From the sequence record NC_019767.1: 40,155 nt of DNA; one strand, given 5' to 3'. The notes beneath the pieces are model-generated. The model did no database searches, was not told the DNA's origin, and was given only the letters and a program-made list of their open reading frames with translations. The translations under genes and the position numbers were made by a program. Positions within the stretch are counted from its first letter, which is position 1; the number at the start of each line of letters is the position of its first letter. Of this stretch, positions 8,385-18,192 are shown piece after piece. This DNA comes from Escherichia phage HK544.

Positions 8385-11300
8385 ATGGCTACGTTGCGCG
8401 AACTGATCATCAAAATATCTGCAAACTCTCAGTCATTCCAGTCTGAAATTTCTCGTGCTTCAAGAATGGGGAATGACTATTACCGGGTAATGCAGACTGG
8501 AGGACGCCAATCGGCCGCAGCTTCGCGTGAAACTCAGCGTGCCTTGGCTGAGGTAACTAGTCAAATAAACACCGCGAAGGCCTCAGCACTGGGAATGGCT
8601 GGTGCATTTGCTGGAGCATTTGCCACTGGACATCTTATATCTCTTGCGGATGAATGGAGCTCAGTAAATGCCCGTCTGAAGCAGGCCACGCAGTCCAGCG
8701 ATGATTTCCAGGCATCACAGCGCGAATTAATGGCGATCAGCCAGAGAACGGGTACTGCTTTTGCTGATAACGCCAGTCTTTTTGCACGTTCGGCTTCTTC
8801 CATGCGGGAATATGGTTACAGGTCTGAGGAAGTACTGAAAGTTACCGAGGCCATTTCTACAGGATTGAAATTGTCCGGAGCCAGTTCTGCGGAAGCCAGC
8901 TCGGTGATCACTCAGTTCAGCCAGGCACTGGCGCAAGGGGTTCTGCGCGGTGAAGAGTTTAATTCAGTAAATGAAAGCGGTGATCGTGTTATTCGTGCTC
9001 TGGCTGCAGGAATGGGGGTTGCCCGTAAAGATCTGAAGGCAATGGCGGATGATGGAAAGCTGACCGCCGATAAGGTTGTTCCTGCACTGATTAGTCAGCT
9101 TGGTACGCTGCGGGATGAATATGCAGCCATGCCTGATACCGTATCATCCTCTGCAACCAAAGTTGAAAACGCCTTTATGGCCTGGGTTGGTGGTGCGAAT
9201 GATGCCAGCGGTGCAACAAAAACGCTTACCGGAATAATGAATGGTGTTGCGAATAATATTGATACGGTTGCCACGGCGGCGGGAGCTCTGGTTGCAATTG
9301 GTGTAGCCCGATATTTTGGCAATATGGCGTCTTCTGCGGGCTCTGCAACTGCCGGGTTAATCACTGCTGCCAGAAACGAAGTGGCTCTTGCTGAGGCACA
9401 GCTCAGAGGGACACAGATAGCAACAGCCAGAGCGCGGGCGGCATTGTATCGTGCGCAGCAGGCGGTTATGGCTGCCCGTGGTACAGAAAAACAGGCTGCA
9501 GCAGAAGCGAAACTGGCAACCGCACAGGCTTCACTTACCCGTAATATTGCTGCCAGAACAGCGGCACAGGCAACGCTGAATAACGTTACGTCAGTTAGTA
9601 GTCGGTTGTTAAGCGGTGCTCTGGGGCTGGTTGGTGGTGTGCCTGGACTTGTCATGCTGGGGGCGGCGGCCTGGTACACAATGTATCAGAACCAGGAGCA
9701 GGCCAGAGAATCAGCGCGTCAGTATGCCGCAACAATCGACGAAATTCGCCAGAAAACGTCTGCAATGTCACTTCCTGAAGCGGCAGATAATGAAGAAAAG
9801 ACGCGGCAGGCACTGGAGGAACAAAATCGCCTGATTAGAGAACAGGAAGGAAAAATTCGCGGACTGAAAAATCAAATTGCTGATTATCAACGTTGGCTTG
9901 ATGAAAGTTCGCAGAGTGGTTCGGGTGCTGAAATCATCCTTAAAGGGCTTGCCGAAGCAACAAATCAACTGGCAGTTGAACAGTCTCGCCTCACTCAAAT
10001 GCAGGGCAAAGCGCAATCCATTCAGGATGTGCTTGCCGGGCTGGAGGAGCGACGAGTGGCGTTGATCCGTCAACAGGCAGCGGAACAAAACAAAGCGTAT
10101 CAGTCCCTGTTGATCATGAATGGGCAGCATACCGAGTTTAATCGCCTTCTCGGGCTTGGTAATGAATTACTTCAGCAGCGACAGGGGCTGGTGAATGTAC
10201 CATTACGGCTGCCACAGGCAACCCTGGATGATAAACAGCAGACCGCACTGAATAACAGCAAGCGCGAACTGGCTCTGTCCCGCCTTAAGGGGGAAGCGCG
10301 TGAGCGTGCCCGACTGGGCTATGCTGCGGATGATCTCGGCTTTGTGGGGGAGGCATATCAGACAGCCAGACAGAATTATATCAATAACTCACTGGATGCC
10401 TGGCGAAATAACCAGGCAAATAAACCCAAAGCGCATAAAAAGACCGAAGCGGAAAAAACAGAAGATATTTATAAACGGCTGATTAAACAGCAAAAAGAAC
10501 AGATAGCACTGGCAGGGCAGAATACTGAACTGGCTAAGATGAAATATCAGGTCAGTCAGGGCGAACTTGCTTCTCTGACAGAAGCCCAGAAAAAGACGGT
10601 ATTGCAGAATGCTGCGCTGATTGACCAGGTTAAATTGCGTGAGCAACTGCGAAATTACGAAGCCAACCTTGCTGACAGTAACGCCAGCGCCCGCGCAGCC
10701 AATGAAGCGCAACTGCTGGGCTACGGGCAGGGAACCAGGTTCCGTGAAAGACTTCAGGAGCAGTTCAATCTGCGTAAGGAGTTTGAGCAGAAGAATACCG
10801 ATCTTCTCCGCCAGCGTCAGGCTGGTGAAATCGACGAGACGTTCTATCAGCAGGGGCTGGCACTTAATAAGCGCTACCTCGAAGAGCGCCTGCGCGACCA
10901 GGAGGGATATTACGCAGCTTCTGATGCGCAGCGTGACGACTGGATGACGGGACTGTCTGAGGGTTATGCGAACTGGGTGGACGAAGCTACTGATTATTCT
11001 TCCATGGCCGCTGACGGCATGAAGCAGGCCATGGGTGGCGCGGTCACCACGATCACCGACATGCTCAATGGCAACGTTGACAGCTGGAAGGACTGGGGCG
11101 TGAGCGTACTGAAGATCATCCAGAACGTTCTGGTGAACATGGCTGTTGCTAACGGCGTCAGTTCAATTGGTTCTCTCTTCAGCTTTGGCGCATCTTCCGC
11201 CGCTGCCGCCAGTAGCGGTACTGCAATTCAGAACGCTGGCGCGAACTTCACCTTTAACGCGAAGGGTAATGTTTACGACTCTCCGTCCCTGAGCGCATAC

Positions 11301-11642
11301 AGCAATGGCGTGTTTCAGACCCCTCAGCTTTTTGCTTTTGCCAAAGGAGCGGGTGTGTTTGCAGAGGCTGGACCTGAAGCCATTATGCCGCTTACCCGTG
11401 CTGCTGATGGTTCGCTTGGCGTTCGGGCTGTTGGCACTGGTGGTGGTCAGGCTGTATCTTCGGCTCCACAGGTTTACATCACCATCGATGGCAACGGAAA
11501 TACTTCCACGCAGACTTCACCCGGCCTTGAGCAATTTGGTGCTGATGTCGGTAAATATATTGATCAGCGATATAAGCAGAACATCATGCGAGATATTCGC
11601 CCTGGCGGTGACATCTGGAACGCAATGAAAGGAACCCGATAA
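8385..11642 (+). CDS. tail tape measure protein (lambda H-like)
   Basis: About 1085 aa, largest ORF of the tail cluster, Ala/Gln-rich coiled-coil with hydrophobic segments; follows G/G-T. Start taken at ATG 8385 (SD GGGTGA); in-frame ATG at 8373 lies inside the terminator T-run. Confidence 0.85.
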   Translation: MATLRELIIKISANSQSFQSEISRASRMGNDYYRVMQTGGRQSAAASRETQRALAEVTSQINTAKASALGMAGAFAGAFATGHLISLADEWSSVNARLKQATQSSDDFQASQRELMAISQRTGTAFADNASLFARSASSMREYGYRSEEVLKVTEAISTGLKLSGASSAEASSVITQFSQALAQGVLRGEEFNSVNESGDRVIRALAAGMGVARKDLKAMADDGKLTADKVVPALISQLGTLRDEYAAMPDTVSSSATKVENAFMAWVGGANDASGATKTLTGIMNGVANNIDTVATAAGALVAIGVARYFGNMASSAGSATAGLITAARNEVALAEAQLRGTQIATARARAALYRAQQAVMAARGTEKQAAAEAKLATAQASLTRNIAARTAAQATLNNVTSVSSRLLSGALGLVGGVPGLVMLGAAAWYTMYQNQEQARESARQYAATIDEIRQKTSAMSLPEAADNEEKTRQALEEQNRLIREQEGKIRGLKNQIADYQRWLDESSQSGSGAEIILKGLAEATNQLAVEQSRLTQMQGKAQSIQDVLAGLEERRVALIRQQAAEQNKAYQSLLIMNGQHTEFNRLLGLGNELLQQRQGLVNVPLRLPQATLDDKQQTALNNSKRELALSRLKGEARERARLGYAADDLGFVGEAYQTARQNYINNSLDAWRNNQANKPKAHKKTEAEKTEDIYKRLIKQQKEQIALAGQNTELAKMKYQVSQGELASLTEAQKKTVLQNAALIDQVKLREQLRNYEANLADSNASARAANEAQLLGYGQGTRFRERLQEQFNLRKEFEQKNTDLLRQRQAGEIDETFYQQGLALNKRYLEERLRDQEGYYAASDAQRDDWMTGLSEGYANWVDEATDYSSMAADGMKQAMGGAVTTITDMLNGNVDSWKDWGVSVLKIIQNVLVNMAVANGVSSIGSLFSFGASSAAAASSGTAIQNAGANFTFNAKGNVYDSPSLSAYSNGVFQTPQLFAFAKGAGVFAEAGPEAIMPLTRAADGSLGVRAVGTGGGQAVSSAPQVYITIDGNGNTSTQTSPGLEQFGADVGKYIDQRYKQNIMRDIRPGGDIWNAMKGTR

Positions 11643-11644
11643 AA

Positions 11645-11983
11645 ATGGCTATCGAAACTTTCACCTGGTGCCCACGACTTAACGCTGAGGCAGATATAAA
11701 TTTCCGCGTCAGGAAAGCACAGTTTGGCGATGGATATGAGCAGGTTTCAGGGGATGGATTGAACACCAGAATCCAGCAATGGACGCTCAACTTCACTGGC
11801 AACGAAACCTACATTTCTGCCATTAAATCTTTTCTCGACAGGCATGAAGGAACGAAAGCCTTTCAATGGAAGCCGCCGCTCGAGCCTTTGGGTTTGTATC
11901 GTTGCGAAACGTATAAACCCACCGGGCTGGGTGCGGGAAAATTCAACCTTGAAGCAACATTCATCCAGGCATTTAAACCATGA
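11645..11983 (+). CDS. minor tail protein (lambda M-like)
   Basis: 112 aa directly after tape measure; contains FGDGY motif as in lambda gpM; conserved order H-M-L-K-I-J. Confidence 0.65.
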   Translation: MAIETFTWCPRLNAEADINFRVRKAQFGDGYEQVSGDGLNTRIQQWTLNFTGNETYISAIKSFLDRHEGTKAFQWKPPLEPLGLYRCETYKPTGLGAGKFNLEATFIQAFKP

Positions 11984-12738
11984 GCTTAAACGCAGACTAT
12001 CAGAAGCTTGAATCCGGAAACGATGTTCGTCTGATTGAGGTGGACGGTTCTTCCTTTGGGCTAACGGACGTTCTCCGCTTTCACAATTACCGCATTCCCC
12101 ACACGGAAGCGGAAATCATCGCCGCTGGTGGGGATGAGTCCAAGCTTCCGGCGAAACCAATCTGGTGGCAGGGAAATGAATACGCCGCCTGGCCGTATCA
12201 GCTGGAAGGCCTGGAAAAATCAACCAGTGGGAGCAATGCAACGCCATCACTGACGGTTGCGAACATCGAAAGCTCTATTTCTGCCATGTGTCTTGCGTAT
12301 GACGATCTGCTGCAGGCGAAAGTCACTATTCACGACACAAAAGAGAAATATCTCGATGCCAGAAATTTCGCGGACGGCAACCCCACAGCAGACCCGACTC
12401 AGGAAAAGCTGCAGGTCTGGTATATCGACGGGAAAACTGGCGAGCTTGCCGGTGAAACCGTTGAATTTGTTCTGTCCAGCCCGATGGACCTGCAGGGGCA
12501 AATGATCCCGACGCGACAGCTTCATTCCCTGTGTACCTGGTGCATCCGGAATAAATATCGTACCGGCGACGGCTGCGACTATGCCGGCACCCGCAATTTC
12601 GATAAAAACAACAACCCGGTAAGCGATCCGTCGCTGGATGAATGCAATGGCACGCTGACGGCCTGCAAACTCCGATTCGGCGAAAATAACGAACTCTCGT
12701 TTGGTGGCTTCCCGGGCACGTCTTTGATCAGGAGTTGA
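11980..12738 (+). CDS. minor tail protein (lambda L-like)
   Basis: 252 aa, ATGA overlap with M; Cys-rich C-terminus (CTWC...C...C) as in lambda gpL. Confidence 0.65.
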   Translation: MSLNADYQKLESGNDVRLIEVDGSSFGLTDVLRFHNYRIPHTEAEIIAAGGDESKLPAKPIWWQGNEYAAWPYQLEGLEKSTSGSNATPSLTVANIESSISAMCLAYDDLLQAKVTIHDTKEKYLDARNFADGNPTADPTQEKLQVWYIDGKTGELAGETVEFVLSSPMDLQGQMIPTRQLHSLCTWCIRNKYRTGDGCDYAGTRNFDKNNNPVSDPSLDECNGTLTACKLRFGENNELSFGGFPGTSLIRS

Positions 12739-12739
12739 T

Positions 12740-13450
12740 ATGCGTCAGAAAACCATAGATGCGATTATGGCGCATGCTGCAGCTGAATATCCTCTTGAGT
12801 GTTGCGGCGTGGTGGCGCAGAAAAGCCGCGTTGAACGTTATTTCCCGTGCCGGAATCTTGCCGCGGCGCCGGAGGACAATTTTGTCCTTTGCCCCGAAGA
12901 CTACGCAGCTGCTGAGGACTGGGGAACGGTGATCGCCATCGTTCACAGTCACCCTGACGCCACAACGCAGCCGAGCGAACTGGATAAAGCGCAATGCGAC
13001 GCAACGCTTTTACCCTGGCATATTGTGAGCTGGCCGGAGGGGGATTTACGCACCATCCAGCCGCGCGGAGAACTGCCACTGCTGGAGCGTCCGTTTGTGC
13101 TTGGACACTTCGACTGCTGGGGGCTGGTAATGAGCTATTTCCGGCAAACGCATGGTATCGAGCTCCACGATTACCGGGTGGATTATCCCTGGTGGGAAAA
13201 CGCCTATCCGGACAATTTTTATCAGGATTGCTGGTATGAATGCGGATTCAGGGAGTTTGACGGCCCGCCTCAGGAAGGGGACCTCGTCATCATGCAGGTG
13301 CAGGCCGATAAGTGGAATCATGCCGGGATTTTACTGGAGGGTAACATGCTGCTGCACCACCTGTACGGACATCTGAGCCAGCGCGTGCCGTATGGTGGCT
13401 ACTGGCAGGAAAGGACGATGAAGATTCTTAGACATCAGAATTTTATTTAA
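12740..13450 (+). CDS. tail assembly protein K (MPN/JAB plus NlpC/P60-like domains)
   Basis: 236 aa; N-terminal ECCGVV...HSHP (JAB/MPN-like) and a C-terminal Cys/His segment; position after L. Confidence 0.7.
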   Translation: MRQKTIDAIMAHAAAEYPLECCGVVAQKSRVERYFPCRNLAAAPEDNFVLCPEDYAAAEDWGTVIAIVHSHPDATTQPSELDKAQCDATLLPWHIVSWPEGDLRTIQPRGELPLLERPFVLGHFDCWGLVMSYFRQTHGIELHDYRVDYPWWENAYPDNFYQDCWYECGFREFDGPPQEGDLVIMQVQADKWNHAGILLEGNMLLHHLYGHLSQRVPYGGYWQERTMKILRHQNFI

Positions 13451-13497
13451 CAAACTGTCACTGATACTATCGTGTAGTACACAGCAAGGAGAACGAT

Positions 13498-13722
13498 ATG
13501 TATACAGTTGGGTTTGGTTGGATCTTCGTCGGTATTTTTATTGGGTTAATTCTCTGGTTTTTCATCAACCGCGCCAGCGTCAGAGCGAACAGGCAGGTTG
13601 AATTACTTGAGTCTATCGACCAGAAATTATCAAAAATAGTAGATCCAAACTTCGAGGCAAATAACAAAGACCAGTCGAAAGAAAACTACCTTGAAGAAGC
13701 AAGGAAAAAAGCTGGGCTTTGA
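13498..13722 (+). CDS. small membrane protein (moron), paralogue of 8154..8342
   Basis: 74 aa; SD AAGGAGA; N-terminal TM helix FGWIFVGIFIGLILWFFI then RANRQVELLESIDQK, matching RANEQVEALKEINKK in the 8154 ORF; own terminator downstream. Confidence 0.5.
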   Translation: MYTVGFGWIFVGIFIGLILWFFINRASVRANRQVELLESIDQKLSKIVDPNFEANNKDQSKENYLEEARKKAGL

Positions 13723-13737
13723 GAGCGTAAATTAACA

Positions 13738-13760
13738 AACCACCTACGGGTGGTTTTTTT
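13738..13760 (+). terminator. rho-independent terminator after the second moron
   Basis: AACCACC-TACG-GGTGGTT hairpin followed by TTTTTTT. Confidence 0.55.
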
Positions 13761-13771
13761 ATGGGGGCAGC

Positions 13772-14380
13772 ATGCAAGAGGTAATGACAAGAATTGAGCT
13801 AAGTGGCGTGCTAGCTAAGACATATGGAAGGGTTCATCACCGTCTGGTTCGCACTACTGCTGAAGCCATTAATGCACTCGCGAAAACCATCAATGGATTC
13901 GAGAAATTCTTAAACACAAGCAAGGCCCGAGGGCTGACGTATGCCGTTTATAGAGATAAAAAGAATATTGGCGTTGATGATCTCGGCTTTCCCGTCACCG
14001 GCGAAGTGATCCGGATTGTCCCTGTAGTAATAGGGAGTAAAAAGGCTGGTCTTTTGCAGACGATCCTGGGGGCCGTGCTTATTACTGCTGCTGTGTTGAC
14101 TGGCCCCGGCGGTATTGGCGCTGCTTTCGCTGCTGGTGGATTGACGGGGTTTGCTGCTGCCACTGGTGCCTCGTTGGTCCTCGGTGGGGTTATTCAGCTG
14201 CTTTCACCGCAGCCATCAGGCATAGCCAGTAAACAAAGCGCAGATAACCGTGCATCGTATGCGTTTGGCGGGGTAACCAACACTGCAGAGCAAGGCTACC
14301 CAGTGCCTCTGCTTTATGGTAAGCGTCGAATCGGCGGAGCGATTATTTCTGCCGGAATTTATGTCGAAGATCAGCAGTAG
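13772..14380 (+). CDS. tail assembly protein (lambda I-like)
   Basis: 202 aa with Gly/Ala-rich hydrophobic C-terminal half, between K and J as in lambda. Confidence 0.6.
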   Translation: MQEVMTRIELSGVLAKTYGRVHHRLVRTTAEAINALAKTINGFEKFLNTSKARGLTYAVYRDKKNIGVDDLGFPVTGEVIRIVPVVIGSKKAGLLQTILGAVLITAAVLTGPGGIGAAFAAGGLTGFAAATGASLVLGGVIQLLSPQPSGIASKQSADNRASYAFGGVTNTAEQGYPVPLLYGKRRIGGAIISAGIYVEDQQ

Positions 14381-14432
14381 ATAACAAACCTTTTTACAAG
14401 CCACCTCCGGGGGGCTTTTTTATGGACGCAAT

Positions 14433-17400
14433 ATGGCAACTGCAACCGCGATTAAAGGCCGCAAAGGCGGTAGTTCAAAGACACGCACTCCAACTGAACA
14501 GCCCGATGATCTGCAGTCAGTTGCGAAGGCGAAAATTTTAATCGCCCTTGGCGAGGGCGAGTTCTCCGGGCAATTAACCGGCAAAGATATCTACCTGGAC
14601 GGAACAGCGCTGGAGAACGCCGACGGCTCCCAAAACTTCAGCGGCGTTACGTGGGAATTTCGCGCGGGAACGCAGGCGCAAAAATATATTCAGGGTATTC
14701 CCGGTACCGAAAACGAGATCAGCGTAGGAACTGAGGTATCAAGTGCCACAGCCTGGACGCGCACGTTTACCAATACGCAGCTTTCAGCAGTTCGCCTGCG
14801 TCTTAAATGGCCCTCGCTTTTCAAACAGGAAGACGACGGCGATCTGGTGGGTTACTCGGTCAATTATGCGATTGACCTGCAGACTGACGGCGGCACATGG
14901 CAGACGGTACTCAATACCAGCGTGACCGGCAAAACGACGTCTGGTTATGAGCGCAGCCACCGTATCGATTTACCGCAGGCTGGCAGCACCTGGACAATAC
15001 GTCTGCGTAAGATTACCTCTGACGCCAACAGCGCGAAGATCGGCGACACGATGATGCTGCAGAGCTTCACCGAGGTGATTGACGCCAAACTGCGCTACCC
15101 GAACACCGCGCTGCTCTACGTCGAATTCGACTCAAGCCAGTTCAACGGCTCTATTCCTCAAATTTCATGCGAACCGCGCGGCCGCGTTATCCGCGTTCCA
15201 GATACCTACGACCCTGAAACCCGCACTTATAGCGGTACATGGACCGGTGCGTTTAAGTGGGCATGGACGGATAACCCTGCGTGGATTTTTTACGACCTGG
15301 TTGTTTCTGACCGGTTCGGCCTTGGGCACCGTTTGACCGCTGCGAATATTGATAAATGGACGCTTTATCAGGTTGCTCAGTATTGTGATCAGATGGTGCC
15401 AGACGGCAAAGGGGGCAACGGTACAGAACCACGTTATACCTGCAACGTGTACATCCAGGATCGGAACGACGCCTACACAGTCCTGCGTGATTTTGCCGCT
15501 ATCTTCCGTGGCATGACCTACTGGGGCGGGGATCAGATTGTGGCCCTGGCTGACATGCCGCGCGATGTTGATTACAGCTATACGCGCGCTAACGTTGTTG
15601 GCGGTCGCTTCACCTATTCGAGCAGCACCACGAAAAGCCGCTACACCACAGCGCTGGTTTCATGGTCAGACCCGGGTAACGCTTATGCCGACGCGATGGA
15701 GCCGGTATTTGAGCAGGCGCTGGTGGCGCGGTACGGCTTCAATCAGCTGGAAATGACAGCCATCGGCTGCACCAGGCAGTCAGAGGCGAACCGAAAGGGG
15801 CGCTGGGGTATTCTCACCAATAACAAGGATCGCGTTGTTTCGTTTGATGTCGGGCTGGACGGAAACATTCCGCAGCCGGGCTACATCATCGCCGTGGCAG
15901 ACGAGCTGCTTTCCGGAAAGGTTATGGGCGGCCGCATCAGCGCCGTTAACGGTCGCGTTATCAAACTTGACCGCGTAGCTGATGCAACACCAGGTGATCG
16001 CCTTATTCTCAACCTTCCCTCCGGAGCGTCGCAGAGCAGGACCATTCAGGCCGTGAACGGGGAATCAGTCACAGTCACCACGGCATACAGTGAGACGCCA
16101 CAGGCCGAAGCTGTTTGGGTGGTTGAATCTGACGAGCTCTACGCGCAGCAGTATCGAGTTGTCAGCGTTTCCGATAACAATGATGGCACTTTCTCGATTA
16201 CCGGCGCATGGCACGACCCGGATAAATATGCCCGTATCGATACCGGAGCCATCATTGACCAACGGCCGGTGAGCGTGATCCCGCCGGGCAACCAGTCGCC
16301 GCCTACGAATATCGTGATCAGCTCGTTTTCCGTGGTTCAGCAAAATATCAGCGTCGAAACAATGCGCGTGAGCTGGTACCAGGCGCAGAACGCTATCGCC
16401 TATGAAGCACAATGGCGCCGCAACGACGGGAACTGGGTTAACGTGCCGCGCACCTCCACCACGTCATTCGACGTCCCGGGGATTTATGCCGGGCGCTACC
16501 TGGTGCGGGTGCGCGCAATCAATGCCGCAGAAATTTCATCCGGATGGGGCTATTCAGAAGAGAAAACGCTGACGGGTAAAGTGGGCAATCCACCGAAGCC
16601 GGTTGGCTTTATCGCCTCTGAAAACGTGGTGTTCGGTATCGAGCTGAACTGGGGATTCCCGGCGAATACCGACGACACGCTGAAGACGGAAATTCAGTAC
16701 AGCCTGACCGGGAGCGAAGATGATGCCATTCTTCTGAGCGATGTTCCCTATCCGCAGCGCAAGTATCAGCAGATGGGCCTGAAGGCGGGGCAAATTTTCT
16801 GGTACCGGGCGCAGCTGGTGGACAGGACAGGCAATGAGTCGGGTTATACCGACTGGGTACGTGGACAGGCCAGTATCGATGTGTCGGATATCACCGATGT
16901 TATCCTGGAGGACATTAAAGAATCGGACACGTTCAAGGAACTGATCGAAAGCGCAGTAGACAGCAACGAAAAAATTGCTGGTATGGCTGACGATATCAGA
17001 CAGAACGCTGACGATCTGGAGCAACAGGCGCTGGCCATCAAGGAAAACGCCGATGGGCTCGCCCAGGCCGAGGTGAAGATTGACGAAATCTCTGTCTCGA
17101 TGGATGGCATGACGGGAGGCGTTAAAAACTCCTCTATCGCGGTTATTCAGAACAGCCTCGCGCAGGTCACCAGCCGTCGATCCCAGACAGCCACCAACGC
17201 CGGGAACAGCGCCAGCATCGACCGTATCGATACCACCATTGCAGATACCAGCCAGGCGGTTGCCCGTGCGCTGGTTACGCTTGATGCTTCTGCCGGTGGT
17301 AATGTCTCAAACGCGACCGATCTCACCGAAACCCTTGCTGATTTCACGCAGGCCTCGGCCACGAAAATCAACTCCCTGACGGTTACGGTAAACGGCCAGA

Positions 17401-17888
17401 CAGCGGCTATTAACCAGACCGCGCAGGCGGTGGCTGATGTGAACGGTAACCTCAGCGCGATGTACAACATCAAGGTTGGTGTCTCCAGCAACGGGCAGTA
17501 TTACGCCGCGGGGATGGGTATCGGCGTGGAGAATACGCCATCCGGCATGCAGTCGCAGGTTATCTTCCTGGCTGATCGCTTCGCCGTCACCACGGCAGCC
17601 GGAAATAGCGTGGCTTTGCCGTTTGTGATCCAGAATGGACAGACATTCATCCGGGCCAGTTTCATCCAGGACGGCACTATCAGCAACGCAAAGATTGGTA
17701 ATTTTATCCAGTCGAACAATTATGTTGCTGGTTCTGCTGGCTGGAAGCTTGATAAAGGGGGGACGTTTGAGAACTACGGTTCGACTGCTGGTGAGGGAGC
17801 CATGAAACTGACAAATCAGACGATCAGCGTCAAAGATGGCAGTAATGTTCTTAGGGTGCAGGTTGGCCGATTAACGGGAGTATTCTGA
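14433..17888 (+). CDS. J: central tail fibre / host specificity protein J
   Basis: 1151 aa; blocks such as KTTSGYERSHRIDL and GTEPRYTCNVYIQ resemble lambda J as recalled; C-terminal region appears divergent. Confidence 0.85.
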   Translation: MATATAIKGRKGGSSKTRTPTEQPDDLQSVAKAKILIALGEGEFSGQLTGKDIYLDGTALENADGSQNFSGVTWEFRAGTQAQKYIQGIPGTENEISVGTEVSSATAWTRTFTNTQLSAVRLRLKWPSLFKQEDDGDLVGYSVNYAIDLQTDGGTWQTVLNTSVTGKTTSGYERSHRIDLPQAGSTWTIRLRKITSDANSAKIGDTMMLQSFTEVIDAKLRYPNTALLYVEFDSSQFNGSIPQISCEPRGRVIRVPDTYDPETRTYSGTWTGAFKWAWTDNPAWIFYDLVVSDRFGLGHRLTAANIDKWTLYQVAQYCDQMVPDGKGGNGTEPRYTCNVYIQDRNDAYTVLRDFAAIFRGMTYWGGDQIVALADMPRDVDYSYTRANVVGGRFTYSSSTTKSRYTTALVSWSDPGNAYADAMEPVFEQALVARYGFNQLEMTAIGCTRQSEANRKGRWGILTNNKDRVVSFDVGLDGNIPQPGYIIAVADELLSGKVMGGRISAVNGRVIKLDRVADATPGDRLILNLPSGASQSRTIQAVNGESVTVTTAYSETPQAEAVWVVESDELYAQQYRVVSVSDNNDGTFSITGAWHDPDKYARIDTGAIIDQRPVSVIPPGNQSPPTNIVISSFSVVQQNISVETMRVSWYQAQNAIAYEAQWRRNDGNWVNVPRTSTTSFDVPGIYAGRYLVRVRAINAAEISSGWGYSEEKTLTGKVGNPPKPVGFIASENVVFGIELNWGFPANTDDTLKTEIQYSLTGSEDDAILLSDVPYPQRKYQQMGLKAGQIFWYRAQLVDRTGNESGYTDWVRGQASIDVSDITDVILEDIKESDTFKELIESAVDSNEKIAGMADDIRQNADDLEQQALAIKENADGLAQAEVKIDEISVSMDGMTGGVKNSSIAVIQNSLAQVTSRRSQTATNAGNSASIDRIDTTIADTSQAVARALVTLDASAGGNVSNATDLTETLADFTQASATKINSLTVTVNGQTAAINQTAQAVADVNGNLSAMYNIKVGVSSNGQYYAAGMGIGVENTPSGMQSQVIFLADRFAVTTAAGNSVALPFVIQNGQTFIRASFIQDGTISNAKIGNFIQSNNYVAGSAGWKLDKGGTFENYGSTAGEGAMKLTNQTISVKDGSNVLRVQVGRLTGVF

Positions 17889-17889
17889 A

Positions 17890-18192
17890 ATGGCTTATGG
17901 AATACAGACCTGGGATGCTTCAGGAAAACCCAACAACTATGGCATCAAACCCGTTTCCGTCGTTGGGCGAATACAGCTGGCTGCCGGGCAAACCTCCGGC
18001 AGCTGGTCTTTTACGGTGCCCTCAGGAATGAAAGTTGGTTTTGTTCTTTCACTTGATGAAGGAGGTAACAGCGTAGGGCGGCGCATTGTCGCGTCAGGGA
18101 GCACAATAACCGTAAGCGCTGCATCTTCTGTAGGTCTGGGTAATTATCCGGCCTCAAAGTGTGAAGTGGTCGTTTTCATGGAGAAAGCATAA
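17890..18192 (+). CDS. hypothetical protein downstream of J (likely tail-associated)
   Basis: 100 aa, start 2 nt after J stop; shares a WD(A/S)SGK motif with the next ORF. Confidence 0.4.
   Translation: MAYGIQTWDASGKPNNYGIKPVSVVGRIQLAAGQTSGSWSFTVPSGMKVGFVLSLDEGGNSVGRRIVASGSTITVSAASSVGLGNYPASKCEVVVFMEKA

Noticed and set aside
9095-9679. 194-aa Ala-rich ORF on the - strand inside the tape measure gene
   Set aside because: Antisense of an Ala/Gln-rich coding region; compositional artefact.
16554-17024. 156-aa ORF on the - strand inside J
   Set aside because: Fully antisense to the host specificity gene; no independent support.
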